Below, in pieces: positions 50,466 through 64,000 of a stretch of 64,000 nt of DNA. This stretch comes from Geosiphon pyriformis uo1 (lineage: Eukaryota > Fungi > Glomeromycota). The position numbers and the translations under genes were made by a program. How positions within the stretch are numbered: the stretch's first letter is position 1; each line of letters opens with the position of its first letter. The notes beneath the pieces are model-generated. The model was not told the origin of the DNA and ran no database searches. It saw nothing but the letters and a program-made list of their open reading frames with translations. The stretch covers positions 190,347 through 254,346 of the forward strand of contig JAAOMT010000777.1 of the NCBI GenBank assembly GCA_016748015.1, in the 5' to 3' direction.

Positions 50466-51776
50466 ATAGACTTGGATAACTATTCTGCCTTAATAAAATT
50501 TTTGGGTAAAGAATAATACTCACCAGAATACACTTGACAGCAAAAAAACATTTGCACAAACAATCAAATTTCTATTTGATTTGCCAAAACCAGCTATATA
50601 AAAGAAATAGAAAAGATCTTAATCATTCTCAAAAAGTCATCAGATTTGAAGAAAAAGAAATTGTAATATACAACATGCACACTGACCCATTAGCTGGACA
50701 CTTTGGAAAAACAAAGACAATTCAGAAAACTTTAACTCGCTATTATTAGCTTACCTTGGGAAAAAATATTGCTAAATACATCAAAACCTGTGACATCTGC
50801 CAAAGAAGAGACAAACTCAATTGCAAAGAAGATATCTATTCAATTTCTGTTGGTCAATTATTTGACAAAATTGGTATAGATATTGTTAGACCATTAACAA
50901 TAACTCCTGATGGCAACAGATATATTATCACAACTACTGCTATCTTACAAAGTAGATAGAAACAAGAGCCACTTCTGACCAAACAGCAGTCTTAATAGCC
51001 AATTTCATTTATGAAGATATTATTTGTCATCATGGCTCCCCAAAAAACTTTTATCTGATAAAGGCAGAGTTTTTCTTAGTACACTGGTTGAAGAACTTTG
51101 TAGAAAAATGGGAATACATTATAAACTTTTTTTCCCTTATTACCCCCAAACAAATGGCTTAGTAGAACATTTCAATAGAACACTATGTGAAACTCTAATC
51201 AAAACCAGTGAAGAAACAAACTTATAAGACAAAGTACTGTTTTCAGCTTTGTTTGCTTATAGAACTGTGAATCATGACATAACAAGTTATAAATCTTTTT
51301 ATCTGTTCTATGAATGCATAACAACATTACTAATAGAAACTAACATTAAGACAATACTCTTTGAAGAGATCACAATAGAAAATTACAAAGACATTTTGCA
51401 AAGAAGACTTGGTACTATTCTTGACTCCTTGATAGAAGCACAAATAATTGTTTTTGAAAAGATAAAACAATTTCAAGAAAAGCTTAAAAAAAAGAAAACT
51501 TATAAAACACTTTCTTTAAGTGTTGGTAATTTGGTATTAGAATACCATTCAGATAGAGACAATGTTTATGGTAATAAATTCTCTAGCCAATGAAAAGAAC
51601 CTTTTATAGTCAACAAAATTTTAAACAATAGTTCTTATATTTTTCAAAATCAATTTAGAACAATCTTTAATGATTGTCTTGTTTATAATACACAATTCAA
51701 GAAATATCATAAACGACTTGATTGGTGGTCTGTTGTGGTAATATTGATTCAAATAATCAGCAAAAATCAAGTATAA
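50466..51776 (+). pseudogene. int: B2 integrase ORF
   Basis: NMHTDPLAGH..CDICQ HHCC, IGIDIV, SDKG, PQTNGLVE; end approximate. Confidence 0.85.
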
Positions 51777-51829
51777 ATAAAATGTACTATTCCCAAAACA
51801 GAGGTATTTTCTGGATCAAAACATTTAAA

Positions 51830-52420
51830 ATGTCTTCTATACTCTTTATAAGTATTGAATCAAAAACTATTCAAATGCTACTCTGACTATTGGAAAACAA
51901 ACCACTATAACTAATAATAATGGAACATATACTGTTATTAGACCAAAAAAAACTATTACCAAAAGAGAAAAAATTGGTAGCAAAATAGATAAATGTCTGT
52001 TGAAAAGTATAACAGCAGCTATACTCCTACCTTCTAGTACAATTGAAAAAACATTCCAAGAAATTTTACCTATAGACAAAAACTTGTCATATGGAAGGCA
52101 ATTAGAACTCTATAGTCACCTTGGAAAAATCATAAAAGATATGAAACTTATGAAAAAAACAACTTCAAAGATACAGCAGAAATTTTGGGTATTATACAGT
52201 TAGATATTTCAAGAGTTTTAACTATTGCTAAAAGAGCCAAAACTCTAATACAAAAATTTGGTTTCTTGAATACAAAACTCATTTCACCTCAAGTATTATA
52301 TATCCTATTCACAAAAAATTTCAACAAACTAGTTAGCTTTGAGTTAAATAAAACTCTTTAAATAGATTACACCATAAATAACTTGATTTTGCTGAAGCTC
52401 AATCTCTTTGGAGAGGATGA
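51830..52420 (+). pseudogene. B2 ORF3, unknown function (frameshifted)
   Basis: Includes ORF 52000-52203; YSHLG motif and C-terminal FAEAQS resemble ORF3 of families A and C; start approximate. Confidence 0.6.
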
Positions 52421-53111
52421 TGTTATGGTTGAAACTTATACTTCTTATTAATTATCACATGTATTAACCATTAATATTATATAAATTAGCCACTCTATTT
52501 TTAGAAAGTGATTATTGACCTAATCAATAACCTAACTGTTAACCTGATTATTAACTTAGTCATTGATCTAATCATTGACCATTTTTGATAACTATATAAG
52601 CAATAAATCTTTTAACTGTAGAAAAACATGTAGAAATTAAAAAAATAAATAAATAAAATAACAACTTTCATCTCAATCCTTCTCTTATTGCTAAATTTTC
52701 TTTCTCTATCTTCAAATATCTGAACATCTTGGAATAAAAAATTACTTGTTGGCATTTACCTACTCTTTTTCTGAAATGTGTAATTGCAGTATTTAAAGAT
52801 TATTAAATAAAATGTGACTGAAGAATACATCTGATATCTAATATTGAATTCTAAAAGTGGTGATGTGAGGCATAGAATTATACCAGATGTAATTATTTGT
52901 TAACAGTACAAAATATCCCTCTACTTTCAGATTTCCTGGTTATCTTTTAAAAAGTATAACAACTGAGATATTTTATAAGACTGATTTCACACATTGAATT
53001 CATACTCATTTAATTTGTTCTTTGAAGTTGAATTCTCTTTGATCTCTTTCATTACCCTACAATCTTGTTCTCTCTTGCTATCTATTAGCTTTGTTATTCC
53101 AATTCATAACA
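52421..53111 (+). repeat. B2 3' LTR (preceded by PPT GGAGAGGATGA at 52410-52420)
   Basis: TGTTATGG...CATAACA; ~12-bp ATTGACCTAATC tandem repeats in U3. Confidence 0.92.
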
Positions 53112-53659
53112 CTATCACAAATTTATCAAAGATTTTTTCAAAATAGTTTTTCCTTTCAATCAGCTATTCAGAAAAAATGTCAATTATTACTGAGGCACTC
53201 ATCAACAAAAAGCTTTTGAAATTCTGAAGAAAAAACTTGTTACCAAACCAATTCTTAAATGACCTAATCTAAACCAATCTTTTATTCTGCATACTAATGT
53301 ATCTGGCTATAAACTTGGTGCTGTTTTTTTACAGAAAAATAAAGATGGCAAAGAACATACTATAGCATATGTTAATAGAACTTTCATACCAGCAGAAAAA
53401 AACTATTTAGTTACTGAACAAGAATACTTAACAGTAGTTTAAACTACTAGTTACTGGGACCAATATCTTCTTGGTGTAAAATTTTTAGTAGTAACAGATT
53501 ATCAAGTCTTGGTTTGGCTGTGCAATAAAAAAAAACTAGAACACAAACAAATAACTTACTGGATACTCCACCTGGATGAATTCAACTAATGATATTCAAC
53601 ACCACAAAAAAGCAAATTATCAAAACACCAATATTTTTTCTAGACTTGCCATCCAGTAA
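53112..53659 (+). pseudogene. pol: B1 RT C-terminus and RNase H
   Basis: Continues B1 after the B2 3' LTR; ends ...SRLAIQ-TAA-TAG. Confidence 0.85.
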
Positions 53660-53716
53660 TAGTACAACCTTTTAACCAAACCAGCTTAATTATTAGTAAT
53701 ACCTTTATAAACAAAC

Positions 53717-54580
53717 ATGATAATAAACTTGGACAACTACTTTGCCTTAATGGAATTTTTGGGTAAAGAACAATACCTACCAGAATACACTTAACAGCAA
53801 AGAGAACATTTACACAAACAATTAAATTTCTATTTGATTCACCAAAACCAACTATATAAAAGAAATAGAAAAGTTCTTGACCATTCTTAGAAAGTCATTA
53901 GATTTCAAAAAAGAGAAATTATAATCTACAACATGCATACTGATCTATTAATTAGATACTTTAAAAAAACAAAAACAATTCAGAAGACTTTAGCTTACTA
54001 TTATTAATATATCTTAGGAAAAAACATTGCTAAATACATCAAAATCTGTGACATTTGCCAAAAAAAAAACAAATTCAACCAGAAAAAAGATATTCATCCA
54101 ATTTCTGTTGGTCAACTATTTGACAAAATTGGTATAGATGTTGTTGGACTCTTAACAATAATTTTTAATAGAGATAGATATATTATTACAGCTATCAACT
54201 ATTTTACAAAGTGGATAAAAGCAAGAGCCACTCCAGACTAAACAGCAGTTTTAATAGCCAATTTTATTTATAAAAATATTATCTGTCATCATGACTGCCC
54301 AAAAAACTTTTATCTAATAGAGGAAGAGCTTTTTTCAATACACTGATTAAAGAACTTTGCAGAAAAATAGGAATACATTATAAACTTTTCTCTTCTTACC
54401 ACTCTTAAACAAATGGCTTAGTAAAATGTTTTAATAAAACACTATGTAAAATCTTAGTCAAAACCAGTAAAAAAACAAACTTATGAAACAAAGTACTGTC
54501 TTTAGCTTTGTTTGCTTATAAAACTGTGAATCATAACATAACAAGTTATAAACCTTTTTATTTGCTTTATGGATACATGG
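53717..54580 (+). pseudogene. int: B1 integrase ORF (truncated by A5 insertion)
   Basis: NMHTD..CDICQ zinc-finger region, IGIDVVG, YFTKWIKA core motifs. Confidence 0.85.
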
Positions 54581-55362
54581 TGTTATAGATAATTATTTGG
54601 GGTCTCAAGTCAAATAACAAATTCGTAACTTGGTGCCAGGTTGATATTCTGGTGTCGATATCTGAAGATTTTGTTGTGGAGTTTTTTGTATAATGGACAG
54701 AGATTCAAGTATTGTCTTTCTTGTAGCCTTCCAAAATCACAATTCCGTTGAATTTCTTTCTCAGTGTGGTGGCCAGTAATCTTGGCAGAGATGCTCTTCT
54801 GGTAAGCTATTCTTAAATTCTCAATTCCTATACCCTTCCTTTGGTGTCTTTTACCAGACTATTCTTGACGTTAATAACTCAGCACTTAATTTTTAATCAG
54901 TTTAGTAAAACCAACAAAATGACAAAACAAAGAAAATAAAAGACAAAAATAAAGAAATAAACAAAAGCAATTGCAAGTTAGTATCCTGTCAATAGCTGTG
55001 ATCAAGAGCTATTGTTTTTGTGTGGTTAAATATTACTTACTATCAACATGAAGTGTTGATAGTGGAGAGTGGATTAAGATAGTGAATAATTATTTATTAA
55101 TATTGGTAAATGGAAGGTTGCTTAGATCAAATCTAAACTGAGAGGTCTGTCTTTTTTACTTCTAATGCTATCACTATATATACATAATTTGGGTTCTACA
55201 AAATCACTCACATTCCCAAGTGATGTGCTATAATTTCTCAAGCAATGTGTCATACTTTCTGACATTGCTCCACATTGCTGAGCAATGTGCTTATGTGCTA
55301 ATTACTATTCTCTTATTGGTCTCCTATTTTTCTATATCTGTTTTTTTTTTTTATAAGTAACA
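54581..55362 (-). repeat. A5 3' LTR
   Basis: Matches 63541-64000; U3 is the A2 type. Confidence 0.93.
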
Positions 55363-55376
55363 TTATCTTCTCCTTT

Positions 55377-55835
55377 TTAATATTGAGCTCTGTCAAAATC
55401 TTTGTTTTGAATTAATTCTAATACTTCTTTTTTAAGTATTGTTTGTTCGACTCTGTTTCTCATGTCTTGGTTGAATATTTTCTTGGATTTGTCAATATAC
55501 AACTTCTGAATATTCAACTTCCGACCTAACTGGTAGTAACAGTATGATATTGGAAGTTGTTCTGTCTATTGTTTTCAATTCTCTTTTGTAAGTTCTTCTG
55601 TTTGTACTATAATAGGTATTTTCCCAAACGTGTTCTTTACTTTTTCTATTATGTTATCTGACCGGTTTTTATCATTCTTTGGTACCCACTGATATGGTGT
55701 GTTCTTTGTCTTTTTTTTAGTGTTTTAATAGCAAATTGTTTAGTTGTTAATGATAATTTCCATGTTTAACTGTTGTTGACTTAAGGCCTGGAACAGTTGT
55801 TAAGCTATAGTGTGAATATGATCTGGTATTTCCAT
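55377..55835 (-). pseudogene. A5 ORF3 (internal deletion)
   Basis: ATG MEIPDHIHTIA..., ends DRAQY-TAA; ~175 nt shorter than A2 ORF3. Confidence 0.72.
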
Positions 55836-55894
55836 TTTCTTGATTGCTTTTGTCACATATATTGTGTCTTTATATACTCTCTGATTGTTTGATT

Positions 55895-57271
55895 TTACGT
55901 GTTTGGTTCAATAATTATGATTGGTTCCAGATCTCGTGGAATCTTATCTAGTTGAACTAGTATTCTTTGTACTCCTAGTTGTAGAATGTTATTGGTAGAT
56001 GATAATGTTATCTGGTAATATTGTTTCAGTCGATCACCATATACTGCTTTGGCTAAGATTTTGTTGCCCTATCTTAATTTGTAAGCTCTATTTCCAAGAA
56101 TTTCTTCAATGTGAAATGGTCTATTCCATTTGGGATCAAATTTTCCACTCTATTGTTTTTCTGCTTTAGTATAATATAGAAGTACTTTGTCTTCAATCTT
56201 GAATTCAACTGGTTTCTCTGGTAATTAGTTATTATGTCTTTTTTTCTGTTTTTTTTGTGACATTTGAATGTTATCAACTGCTCTTTGCCATTTGTTTTCT
56301 AGTGTTTTCATTAAGTCATATACTCTTCTTAGCAACGTTTCTTGAAAATTATCTTCTGTTATTGGTTCATTTGAATATGTATTGACCTCTATCTCAACTG
56401 GTAATATTGCTGTTCTACCTTATACTAGTTCAAATGGTGTTGTTTGTGTGGTATCTTGTTTCATTATTCAATAAGCAAATAATACTAATGGTATGAACAA
56501 ATCTCATTTGTCTTGGGTTTTTTGACTGATTTTGGCAATTGTTTTACACAATATTCTATTGAATCTTTCAACTAGTCCATTAGTTTGTGAATGATATGGT
56601 GATAATAATAGTCTTTTAATTCCAAATTTTTGACTTAATTCTGCCAGTGTTCTGTTCACAAAGTGAGTTTCTTAATCTGATAATAGTTCTTTTGGACATC
56701 CATGTTGACAAATCAAATCTTGATGAACAAATTTGGCAACGGATTCTGCATCTGCTCTTTGAATGGCTTTTGCTTCTGGCCATTTGGTGAGATAGTCCAT
56801 GGCTACTGTGATATATCTGTTGTCTCTGCTGGTGATTGTTAATAGTTCGACTAAGTTAATTCTAATGTAATCAAATGGTTGTCTTACTTTGATTGGTCTT
56901 AATGGTTCACTTGGTTTTGCTTTTCCTCTTCTCTGACAAGCATTACAATTTTGCACGTATTAGATGATGTCTGGATACATTGCTGGCCAATAGTATCTTT
57001 TTCTGATTCTTTCCATGGTTGCTTCTTTGTGAAAATACCCTGCTGTTGGGTTTGAATACATATTGAATAATATTGTCTCTTTCTCTGGTTCTGTGATTAC
57101 TCTGATTGGTTGATCTGGATTTCTCTTGTTTTTCTGGTAAAGTATATTTTGATGGTTGATAAAATATTTGGATTGTTGTTTTATGTTTCTTTGTTCTTTT
57201 TGAGATAATTTTTCCTTGAACAATTGAGTCTTTATATAATGTTGTAGTTGTTGGTATTTTTGTATATTCAT
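55895..57271 (-). pseudogene. int: A5 integrase ORF (458 codons, own ATG)
   Basis: MNIQKYQQLQHY, CNACQ, DYLTKWPEA. Confidence 0.92.
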
Positions 57272-57301
57272 TTTTTGTTATATTTTTGGGTTAGAATGTT
57301 T

Positions 57302-60300
57302 TTAGATTTGTCTCATTTGTAACAATTTGTCAGCATTTTTATTATCTTTTCTCTTTTTATAATGTATTGTATAGTTAAATGGTGAAAGTTCTATTTTTCA
57401 TCTGGCATAACAATTGTCTGCAAATTCTTGTTTTTGAATTGAAGTCAGTCTCTTGTGATCTGTGTATATTTCAAACTTTTGGCTCAAGTATTCTTTCCAT
57501 TTCATGACTGCCCAATAGATTGTTAAGTGTTTCAGTGCTGGAGTTCCATAGTTTTTTTCAGCTGAACTTAAGCTTCTACTGGCATAAGCTACTGAATGTT
57601 CTCTTCCATCTGGTTCTTTTTGCAATAGTACTGCTCTCAATGCTTGACCTAATGTATCCATAGTGATGATGAATAGTTTGCTGTGGTCTGGATATATCAA
57701 CACTAGAGCTTGAATAAGCTTTCTTCTCAATGTGTCGAATGCTTTTTGTTGAGCTTCAGTCCATTTATACTTTACATTCTTAGTTTGTAGCTGGTGAAAT
57801 GGCTGAGCTAATTTGGAAAAGTCCTTGATGAAGTGGTGATAATAGTCTGCAAATCCCAAAAATGCTCTTAGTTCTGACAAGTTTGTTAATACTGGAAAGT
57901 TCTTTACTATTGCAATCTTATCTGGATCCATTTTGATACCATCTTTGCTTACAACATGTCCCAAAAACTTGAGTTCAGTTTTTCCAAAAAAACACTTTGT
58001 TGCATTTAGTTTCAATCCGGCTCTTCTTAGTCTTTCAAACACCTGCTGAAGGTAATGCAGATGATCATTGAATGTTTTTGAGAATACATTGGTGTTATCT
58101 AAGTATATGACTACTGATTTTTATAGTAGTCCAGTATATACGATTTTCATGAGTCATTAGAATGTTGCTGGAGTGTTCATCAAGCCAAATGGCATGACTT
58201 CAAATTTGAAATTCTCTTCTCTTGTTGTAAATGTGGTCTTTTTTTTGTCAGCTGGATCCATGGCTACTTGCCAGTAGCTACTATCTAGATCCAGTGTCGA
58301 AAACCATTTGTTTCCTTTAAAAGTGTTGAATAGTTCTTGGATCTTTGGAGTTGGGTAGCTGTCTTCCTTGATTACTCCATTCAATTTCTGGTAATCTACA
58401 CAAAAGTGAATTTTTTTATTCTTCTTCTAGACTAGTACTACTGGTAATAATTATGAACTCATTGATGACTGAATTAGCCCATTGTCAAGCATCTGATTGA
58501 TTTTTTGACAAATAATCTTATGGCTAGCTGGTGGTACTCTATATGCTTTTTGTTTAATTGGCATTGTATCTCCAGTTTTGATCTGATGCTGGATGATGTT
58601 GGTGCAGCCAAATTCATTTTTGCTAGCAAAAATGTCATTGAAGTTGCTGAGTAACATTTTTAATTGCATCTGTTGAAGTGGGTCTAGATTTTCCATGTTT
58701 ATCTGTTCTAATTGTTCTGGTTGGAGTAGATAACATTCATTTCATCTGTAAATAGTTTGTGATGTGATGTCCACATATCTATACAGTTGTAGAAAATCTG
58801 GAATGTGGTTTGGTGGTTGATCCTCAACTTCAGTGGTTAAATATCCAATGATGGTTCCTTTTGGTATTTCAATAATGTTTCCAGTTGTATTGTGGATAGG
58901 AATTTTAATATTTTTGGGGCTATTGGCTGAGATGTAGAAATTAGTGAGTCCAATCTCTCCTGATTCACAAATGGTGGCTTCTGTTTCAAACAATTGAGCT
59001 TGATCCTTCACTTTTCTTTTTATGGTTAACATATACTGGTTATATAGTAGAATAGAAATTGCTTGACAGTTTGAGATAATTTCTCCTTTGTCAACAATTT
59101 CTTCCTCTGCCATATTGACTGGTATATCTATTCTACCTGTTGATTTGAATCCCTATATCCCTCTAGCTGTAATCTTTAATTCCTCCCTGTTTCTCACTGA
59201 CTCTAATTAAGCTATTTTCACCAGAGGTAGGAATATTGTCTGTGTCATCTTTTTGTTTAAATCTATGGTATATGCCTTTTCTGAATCATTTTGTAGCATA
59301 GCAATAATATTTTCTATGTATCCTGCATCAATTATTCCTCCTCTAATGTTAATTCCTTTTTTTGCTAAACTACTCCTGAATGCTAGTTGAACCATTGTTG
59401 TTGCTGGAATTTCCAGTGCTATTTTCAGATTAATGCAAGTATGCGAATATGGTTTCAATTTAATGGGATCTTTCCCTGGATATCTCAGATCAAACTCTGC
59501 ATCAGTATTATGTGCACATTCTGGCATAATACTTTCATTATTATCACTGAACCATTTTAGTTCCTGCTTCTTGGTGAGATCAGGGAGTGCAATATATTGT
59601 TTGTAGTTTGAATCAGAGTTTGAATCTGAATTGGAATTATTGTCATTGTTATTGCCATTTTGAACGGAGCTGGAACTGTTATTTTTGTTGTTATTATTGT
59701 CAGAGTCTGAATCGGGATTGGAAACTGATTCCAATTCCGATGCACAGCTGCTGATTGGTTCTTTTTCCTCTGGAATTGTGTAGATCATGTGTGGTGGTGG
59801 ATTGTAAATAAGGTCACACTCATTACAATATTGGAAGTCACAAGGAATTAAACAATAGTCACATAGTCAAGTATTGATTTCTTCCAACCATTGCTTTTGT
59901 TCCTCTTTAGTGGGTGCTAATTCCTGATAGTATTTGTGGAATTGTTCTGAATCTAATAGATTTATGACTGGTTCTGGGTCCTAATCAAGTTCTATGGATT
60001 TAGGTGAGTTGTCTTTGATTGTTTTTATTTCTTTTGGAGTCACTCCTTCAATTTTGACAAGTGTTATTTGCCAGATTTTATTATCATCATGTGAACATCC
60101 ATCCAAACATTTGACGACTTGTCTCCAAATGGTGTCTATGGGCATTTCTTTTCTTACCCAGTTGTTTATGAGAATCATGTATTGACACAATTCGTTGCAC
60201 ATTCCTTCTTGCCCAGGAATGTCATTCCACATTCTTTCATCCAGAAGAGTTTCACCACAAGCCAAGTATAATTCATTGTTCCATTTTCCTTTTTGTTTTG

Positions 60301-63300
60301 AACATCCAAAGCATTCTATGATGTACATGTGGCAATAAAATTTGGTTGCTGTTGAGTATTCCTCATCGTCACCATAACACACGTCCATTGACAACAATTT
60401 CTTGCCACAATCAATGCATATGAGTTTTGGGTGATGATAACTTAATTGTGGTGTTGTGTATGTATATGTAAGGTGAATAGGGGTTGGTATAGAATTTTCT
60501 TTTTTCTCTTTCCCTTTTTCTTTTATTTTATTCTCTTCCCATTCCCAGGTTGTTGATAATTTGTCCTAATTATTATGGGTTTCCCAGTTTTGGTCAGTGT
60601 TCCAGGTAAGTTCTTCTCTTTTCTTTTCATTCCTGTTATTGTCATCTTACAAAGGTACTGTTGGCAGCTTGTTGTATTCTTTATCAGCCCAGGACACTTG
60701 ATAAGCTTTCCAGATAGGTTTTTTTTTTTCTTCTTTGAACTCTATAAGTGGTGCTGTCAAGTTGGTGGTCATGAAGTGGCCACACATGACTGGTACATGT
60801 GTGTGTCATCTGTTCTGGCTGATTTGAAGCTTCTGTGTATTCCAATTAAGTGATGCATTGGTTTTAGATAGCCAATTATTACCAATGAATGCTTGGTATT
60901 AGGTGGCTTCTATGACTAATACTTTGATTGGTACAATAATGCCATTGACTTCTATAGGGAAGTTATCAATCTCACCAATAGGAGTTTTGGTTGCTCTATT
61001 GGTGGTTATGATTCTGGTGCTGGCAGTGTAATCAACTTGGTGACCTAATTGGTCCATAAGTTGCTTTGTAATAATACTGCCAGCTGATCCACTATCTAGG
61101 ATCAGTTTGATGAAGTGGCCATTGACTTTGGCATTAGTGTACATAGTAATGATTGGTTTGGTGTCAAAAGTGGCTCCACTGAATAATGGGACTGGTGTAG
61201 TTTTTTCAAGTTTGAATAGAAAGATTGTTGCTAGTAATTCATTGTTGGTGATGATGGCTGGAAGTATGTTGTTGGTGAGTGATTGTTTTTGGTTGGTTTC
61301 TGGATTATCGGGTGGGGTGTCTTCTGGAGTAACCAGGAGACTTAAATAGTTCTGGGAATTTGGGTTTTGGGCGTACTCAGTACTGGAATTCCATGGTTGA
61401 GATCCTGATGGTTGTGCTATAGAACTGGGGATTGGTTAATGGACTACCATTGACAATCTCCAGCTTTGCTATATTAATCTCGGTCTTTGAGTTCTGTTTT
61501 GAGATAAGTTCTGTGGCAGTGTTTGATGTTGTTGGGGTGGATAATTTATCTAAGACTGTGGCTAATAATTGGGTTGGGACTGTGGTTGATAAATTGCTGC
61601 TGGAGGCTGATAAACTAAAGGTGAGCATAATTGCTACATCATTGGTGTTTAATATATCGGCTGCATCATAGGTAGGTAATCTTGTTGATATAGAGCTGGA
61701 TTTGATTGATTACTGATGTAATTCTGAGTTTGTAGTTGGCAATCAAAGTTTTGATACTGATTAACTGATCTCTGGTCACTTATCTTTTTTCGATATTCAA
61801 ATTGCAAATGTCCTTGTCTACCATAATAGTGGGAAATACATGTTTTCTGCTGTCACTGTTGATTGGTCAAGGATGTTAGACACGACTAATTCTGGAAACA
61901 ATCTGTGTTTCCGGAATTATTGCATCATTGTGGTGGTTGATATATTGCGTGATTGTCAGCTAAGTATCCTTCCAATTTCTGATTAATTGAATTACTGAAT
62001 TGTTTCAATTTGGAATCCAATTCAGATGATTCATTCATGACCAGGTTTATAGCTTGAGCATGATTGGCTTCTAGTTCAGCTGCTTCGAAATCTTGTACAT
62101 TGGTAACTGTGTTTTGGAGAGTTTGTGGGTGCATTGGGCGTACGTGTTGAAGGATGCTACTGTACAACCCATGGATGAACTGGTTTAGAATTTGTGGCAC
62201 TGTAAAATAGTCAGCTTGGATTGCTTGAATTTGGTAAAGGTGTTGGCTAACTTGTTGATGCTATTATTGTTACTAAAGTACCTCAAGAATTTGGTTTTAA
62301 ATTCATTAAAATTTTGGGGTTTGATGGCAAGGCTTTGGTACCATGCATCAGTGATGTCCTGAAGAAAGTAGGGAATTGCTTGCATGGCTCTAGCATTGTC
62401 CCAATTATTGGCTGTAATTGCTTTAACTACATCATTCAGCCAGACTTAGGCATTGTCTTCTTTGCCAGTGAATTTATCGAGCTTCACGATTGGTGCATAT
62501 GTTATTTGTTGTTGTTGTTGCAGTACAGGTGGCTAATGAATTTGTTGAAGTAGTTGTTGGGGTGGCTGTCATATGAGTTCGGCTAGTGGCTGATTAATGA
62601 TGATTCCAGGAAATAAGTTTTGTTGATTAATTAAGTCAGGGTTTTGGTCATTCTGATTTGGCTGTGTTTGAAAATTCGGAGTTTCAATTTCCAGATTTTC
62701 TAAATTTAGATTTTGCTGAGTCTAGAAATTCGGGGTTTCAATGTTCAGGTTCTCTGAAATCGGGTTCTGGTAAGTAAATTTTTGATCTTCAGATTTTTCT
62801 TCCTCTTCTTTTTGTTCTTCCTCCGATTCTATTACTTTCCAGAGACTTGTGGTTCCGAAATCTGATTGGGATGGCAAAGATTGAAATTTTGATGGCGTTG
62901 GCAATTGGGACTTAAATCCTTCAAAATATGTGTTATATAGTCCTATAAGATCTTTTTTCCTTTGTTTACTCTGAAATGGGAATCATTCAAAGGTTGATGT
63001 CACATGTGATGTGGATGCACCTGTTGATGTGATGTTGATGGTGCTTCCAAGTGTATAGTGGTATGATGGATTTGTTGGTAATTCAACTCTGGTTTTCTTC
63101 CAAGTGGGTGGTTGTATTTGTTTTGGTGTCACTACTGGTGTTTGTAATTTTTTTTTGCCTTTACTAGCATAAGTAATTGGATATCTTTGTTGTGTGTGAT
63201 GTTCAATTTCTTTATTAATCTCAGTAATAATGGATGTGAAATTATAATTTGTTGATAGGCTGGTGTTTTGGATTAATTTGTGGTAAAAAGTTTCTCTTGC

Positions 63301-63477
63301 TGATTCAGTGTTTACTGATGTTCTTAACAAATATGCAATTCTTTTGTTGATGTAGAAATTGAAGGCTAATTCCATTAATATATGATTTTGGTTTAATTCT
63401 AAGTGTTAACAGTAGTGTTAAAATAAGAATTTCACAAATCCTAAATGGTTTGCTCCTATATTTTCTGATTTTGCCAC
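57302..63477 (-). pseudogene. pol: A5 ORF1: gag-PR-Cys-rich-dUTPase-RT-RNase H
   Basis: Intact LILDSGSAGS protease, dUTPase GGIIDAGY at ~59136-59527, RT, RNase H ending RQI-TAA. Confidence 0.92.
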
Positions 63478-63540
63478 TTTTGGGATGAGTGTAGTTGGTG
63501 CTGGTTCTCTGTAGAATTATATTTCACAGGGAGCACTAAA

Positions 63541-64000
63541 TGTTACAGATGATTATTTGGAGTCTCAAGTCAAATAACAAATCCATAACTTGGTGCTGGG
63601 TTTGTATTCTGGTGTCAATATTTGAAGGTTTTATTGTGGAGTTTTTTGTATAATGGACAAAGATTCAAGTGTTGTCTTTCTCGTAGCCTCCTAGAATTGC
63701 AATTCTATCAAATTTTTTTCTCAGTGTGGTGGCTGGTAATCTTGGCAGAGATGCACTTCTGGTAAGCTATTTTTAAATTCTCAATTCCTATACCCTTCCT
63801 TTGGGGTCTTTTACTAGGCTATCCTTGACATCAATAACTCAGCACTTAATTTTTAATTAGTTTAGTAAAACCAACAAAATGACAAAACAAAGAAAATAAA
63901 AAACAAAAATAAAGAAATAAATGAAAGCAATTACAAGTTAGTATCCTGTCAATAGTCATAATTAAGAGCTATTGTTCTTATGTGATTAAGTATTACTTAC
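63541..64000 (-). repeat. A5 5' LTR (partial)
   Basis: Matches 54581-55040. Confidence 0.93.

Larger units (their letters stand above)
5935..53111 (+). mobile_element. Ty3/Gypsy family B copy B2, full length (~7.6 kb without nested insert)
   Basis: TSD CTAT at 5931-5934 and 53112-53115; two LTRs, PBS and PPT present. Confidence 0.93.
2858..54580 (+). mobile_element. Ty3/Gypsy family B copy B1 (5'-truncated; interrupted by B2 at 5934 and by A5 at 54580)
   Basis: 2858-5934 and 53112-54580 join through TSD CTAT into a sequence colinear with B2 46782-51320. Confidence 0.9.
54581..64000 (-). mobile_element. Ty3/Gypsy family A copy A5 (5' LTR runs off the window)
   Basis: 3' LTR 54581-55362, PPT 55363-55380, PBS ~63523-63540, 5' LTR from 63541; inserted in B1 integrase after ATGG. 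Confidence 0.94.

Noticed and set aside
61377-61628. S/T-rich ORF overlapping gag
   Set aside because: Shadow frame of the YQP repeat; it stays open only because C>T creates stops in the Gln-rich frame

Overview
This AT-rich eukaryotic window consists entirely of decayed Ty3/Gypsy (Metaviridae) LTR retrotransposons; I found no host gene. The protein style suggests a Glomeromycotina fungus such as Geosiphon, but that is an inference from recollection. LTR termini (TGTTA...TAACA), PBS, PPT and 4-bp TSDs resolve eight copies of three families: an A1 fragment (1-2857) fused to B1 (2858-54580+); B1 contains B2 (5935-53111), which contains A2 (6325-45883, minus strand); A2 contains A3 (10341-30306, itself containing A4 at 11489-21598) and C (30863-40411, minus); B1 also contains A5 (54581 to beyond 64000, minus). 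All copies are pseudogenised by C>T/G>A transitions. Comparing copies reconstructs an unusual multi-cistronic design shared by all three families. Gag-PR-RT-RNaseH stops right after RNase H, integrase is a separate ORF behind a short A/C-rich spacer, and a conserved ~210-aa non-env ORF3 ends at the PPT. Families A and C add a ~250-aa multi-CxxC domain and a dUTPase between PR and RT, and appear to start gag at GUG. Family B instead has a U-UUA-AAC -1 frameshift signal. Family A LTRs end in a long hairpin that pairs with the PBS. Coordinates were read by eye, and internal domain limits are approximate.
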